The notes below the pieces were generated by a model. That model saw nothing but the letters and a program-made list of their open reading frames with translations. It did not search any database and was not told where the DNA came from. A stretch of 64,000 nucleotides of DNA, from positions 18,408-82,407 of the forward strand of contig JAKSVB010000007.1 in the NCBI GenBank assembly GCA_024408335.1, given 5' to 3'. A program made the translations under genes and the position numbers. Source of the DNA: Bacilli bacterium (GTDB lineage: Bacteria; Bacillota_I; Bacilli_A; RFN20; CAG-826). The first letter of the stretch is position 1. Each line of letters begins with the position of its first letter. Of the stretch, positions 63,209-64,000 are shown piece after piece.

Positions 63209-63847
63209 TTAAGTATTATCATTATCAATTATAGTAACTTGCCGTTCCGAACTATCAATACGAAGGAAAGAATACAAATATTTAGAGTTGTGATCACTTT
63301 CTTGAAGAACAAAATATCCTTTCCCGACAAAAATTTTATCACCAACCTGTTCCCTTCTTAAATATTCGGCATCATTATCCAAATAAATATGGGTATAGCT
63401 TGAAACATTGTTATCAATGGTTTCCGAAATATTTTTGAGCCTAACAGAGATAAAACACAAAGCATCACTTTCAAAACTTGGTCTATCTTCAGTTAAATCT
63501 TCATGAGCGTCAAAAAAATTCATAAATACCTTGTTGCAAGATTCTAAATCTGATGACAGCACATTTTTGTTGAAGTCAAAGTCTTTGTCTACTTCAAAAT
63601 GATAATAGACACCATCAAAACCACCATCCGATCCTTTGTTTTTGTTGTAATGCTTTTTGATGAGGACTGTGTTATCTGGCAAATTAATATCCCAGTTTCT
63701 TAATCGTTCAATTGAGCCTTTTTCGGTTTCGGTTTCATATTCATCAATGTAATTTACGTCTCCATAATATTTGCAACTAGTAAACGCTAAGCACGTTATA
63801 GATAGAACAAAAATGGAGATTCTTTTAACAATCAAATCTGTTTTCAT
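63209..63847 (-). CDS. Lipoprotein, unknown function, in a lower-GC segment
   Basis: MKTDLIVKRISIFVLSITCLAFTSC lipobox, using the internal ATG at 63847. Confidence 0.6.
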   Translation of the reverse strand: MKTDLIVKRISIFVLSITCLAFTSCKYYGDVNYIDEYETETEKGSIERLRNWDINLPDNTVLIKKHYNKNKGSDGGFDGVYYHFEVDKDFDFNKNVLSSDLESCNKVFMNFFDAHEDLTEDRPSFESDALCFISVRLKNISETIDNNVSSYTHIYLDNDAEYLRREQVGDKIFVGKGYFVLQESDHNSKYLYSFLRIDSSERQVTIIDNDNT

Positions 63848-64000
63848 AATCAAGCGCTCTTTGTATTCCAATACATATGGATTGATTTATTCACGTTCAG
63901 TTCATTGGCATAAGTTATATATCTCATGCTTCCAGAGACATAACTTAATGTGATGTGCGTTGCAAATATTCTTCCTTTTGTAAGATTACTCTTATATTTT

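Noticed and set aside
1-64000. Scanned for CRISPR arrays, IS elements or transposases, integrases, phage genes, rRNA genes, and known defence-system enzymes other than the HEPN/MNT pair
   Set aside because: I noticed no regularly spaced 25-40-nt repeats, no DDE/serine/tyrosine recombinase-like ORFs and no rRNA-like sequence. The only repeats are those listed as features.

Overview
This 64-kb chromosomal window comes from a low-GC Gram-positive or Mollicutes-related bacterium (Erysipelotrichia/Acholeplasma-like by gene content; taxon not provable here). It uses the standard code: TGA is a real stop at 7186..7188 and TAG at 18565..18567. About 90% is housekeeping, mostly on the minus strand. 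Genes include mraZ-rsmH, the yceD-like gene, T-box-controlled pheST, glgB-glgP, ackA-nrnA and a co-directional run glnN(GSIII)-purA-pyrG-glmS-guaA-ade-HD. Also present are tRNA-Pro/Arg/Cys, potABCD, rimP-nusA-ylxR-ylxQ-infB-rbfA, three tandem DegV/FakB paralogues, a domain-permuted membrane-anchored GH3 glycosidase, guanine deaminase and many lipoproteins. Items worth a second look, in order of interest: (1) a ~0.95-kb gene-free gap (62254..63208) with a candidate ~640-nt structured RNA whose G.U pairs favour the minus strand, and one frame interrupted only by TGA. (2) A ~165-nt GC-rich rod-like RNA candidate between two inward-facing terminators (42125..42296). (3) A single in-frame TAG splitting potB. 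(4) An HTH-fused MNT/HEPN pair with a palindromic operator in an apparently leaderless promoter. (5) A shared FapR-like inverted repeat over the -35 region of two degV promoters. (6) glmS fused to pyrG (TAATG) with no room for a glmS ribozyme. No CRISPR array, transposase or phage genes were seen.
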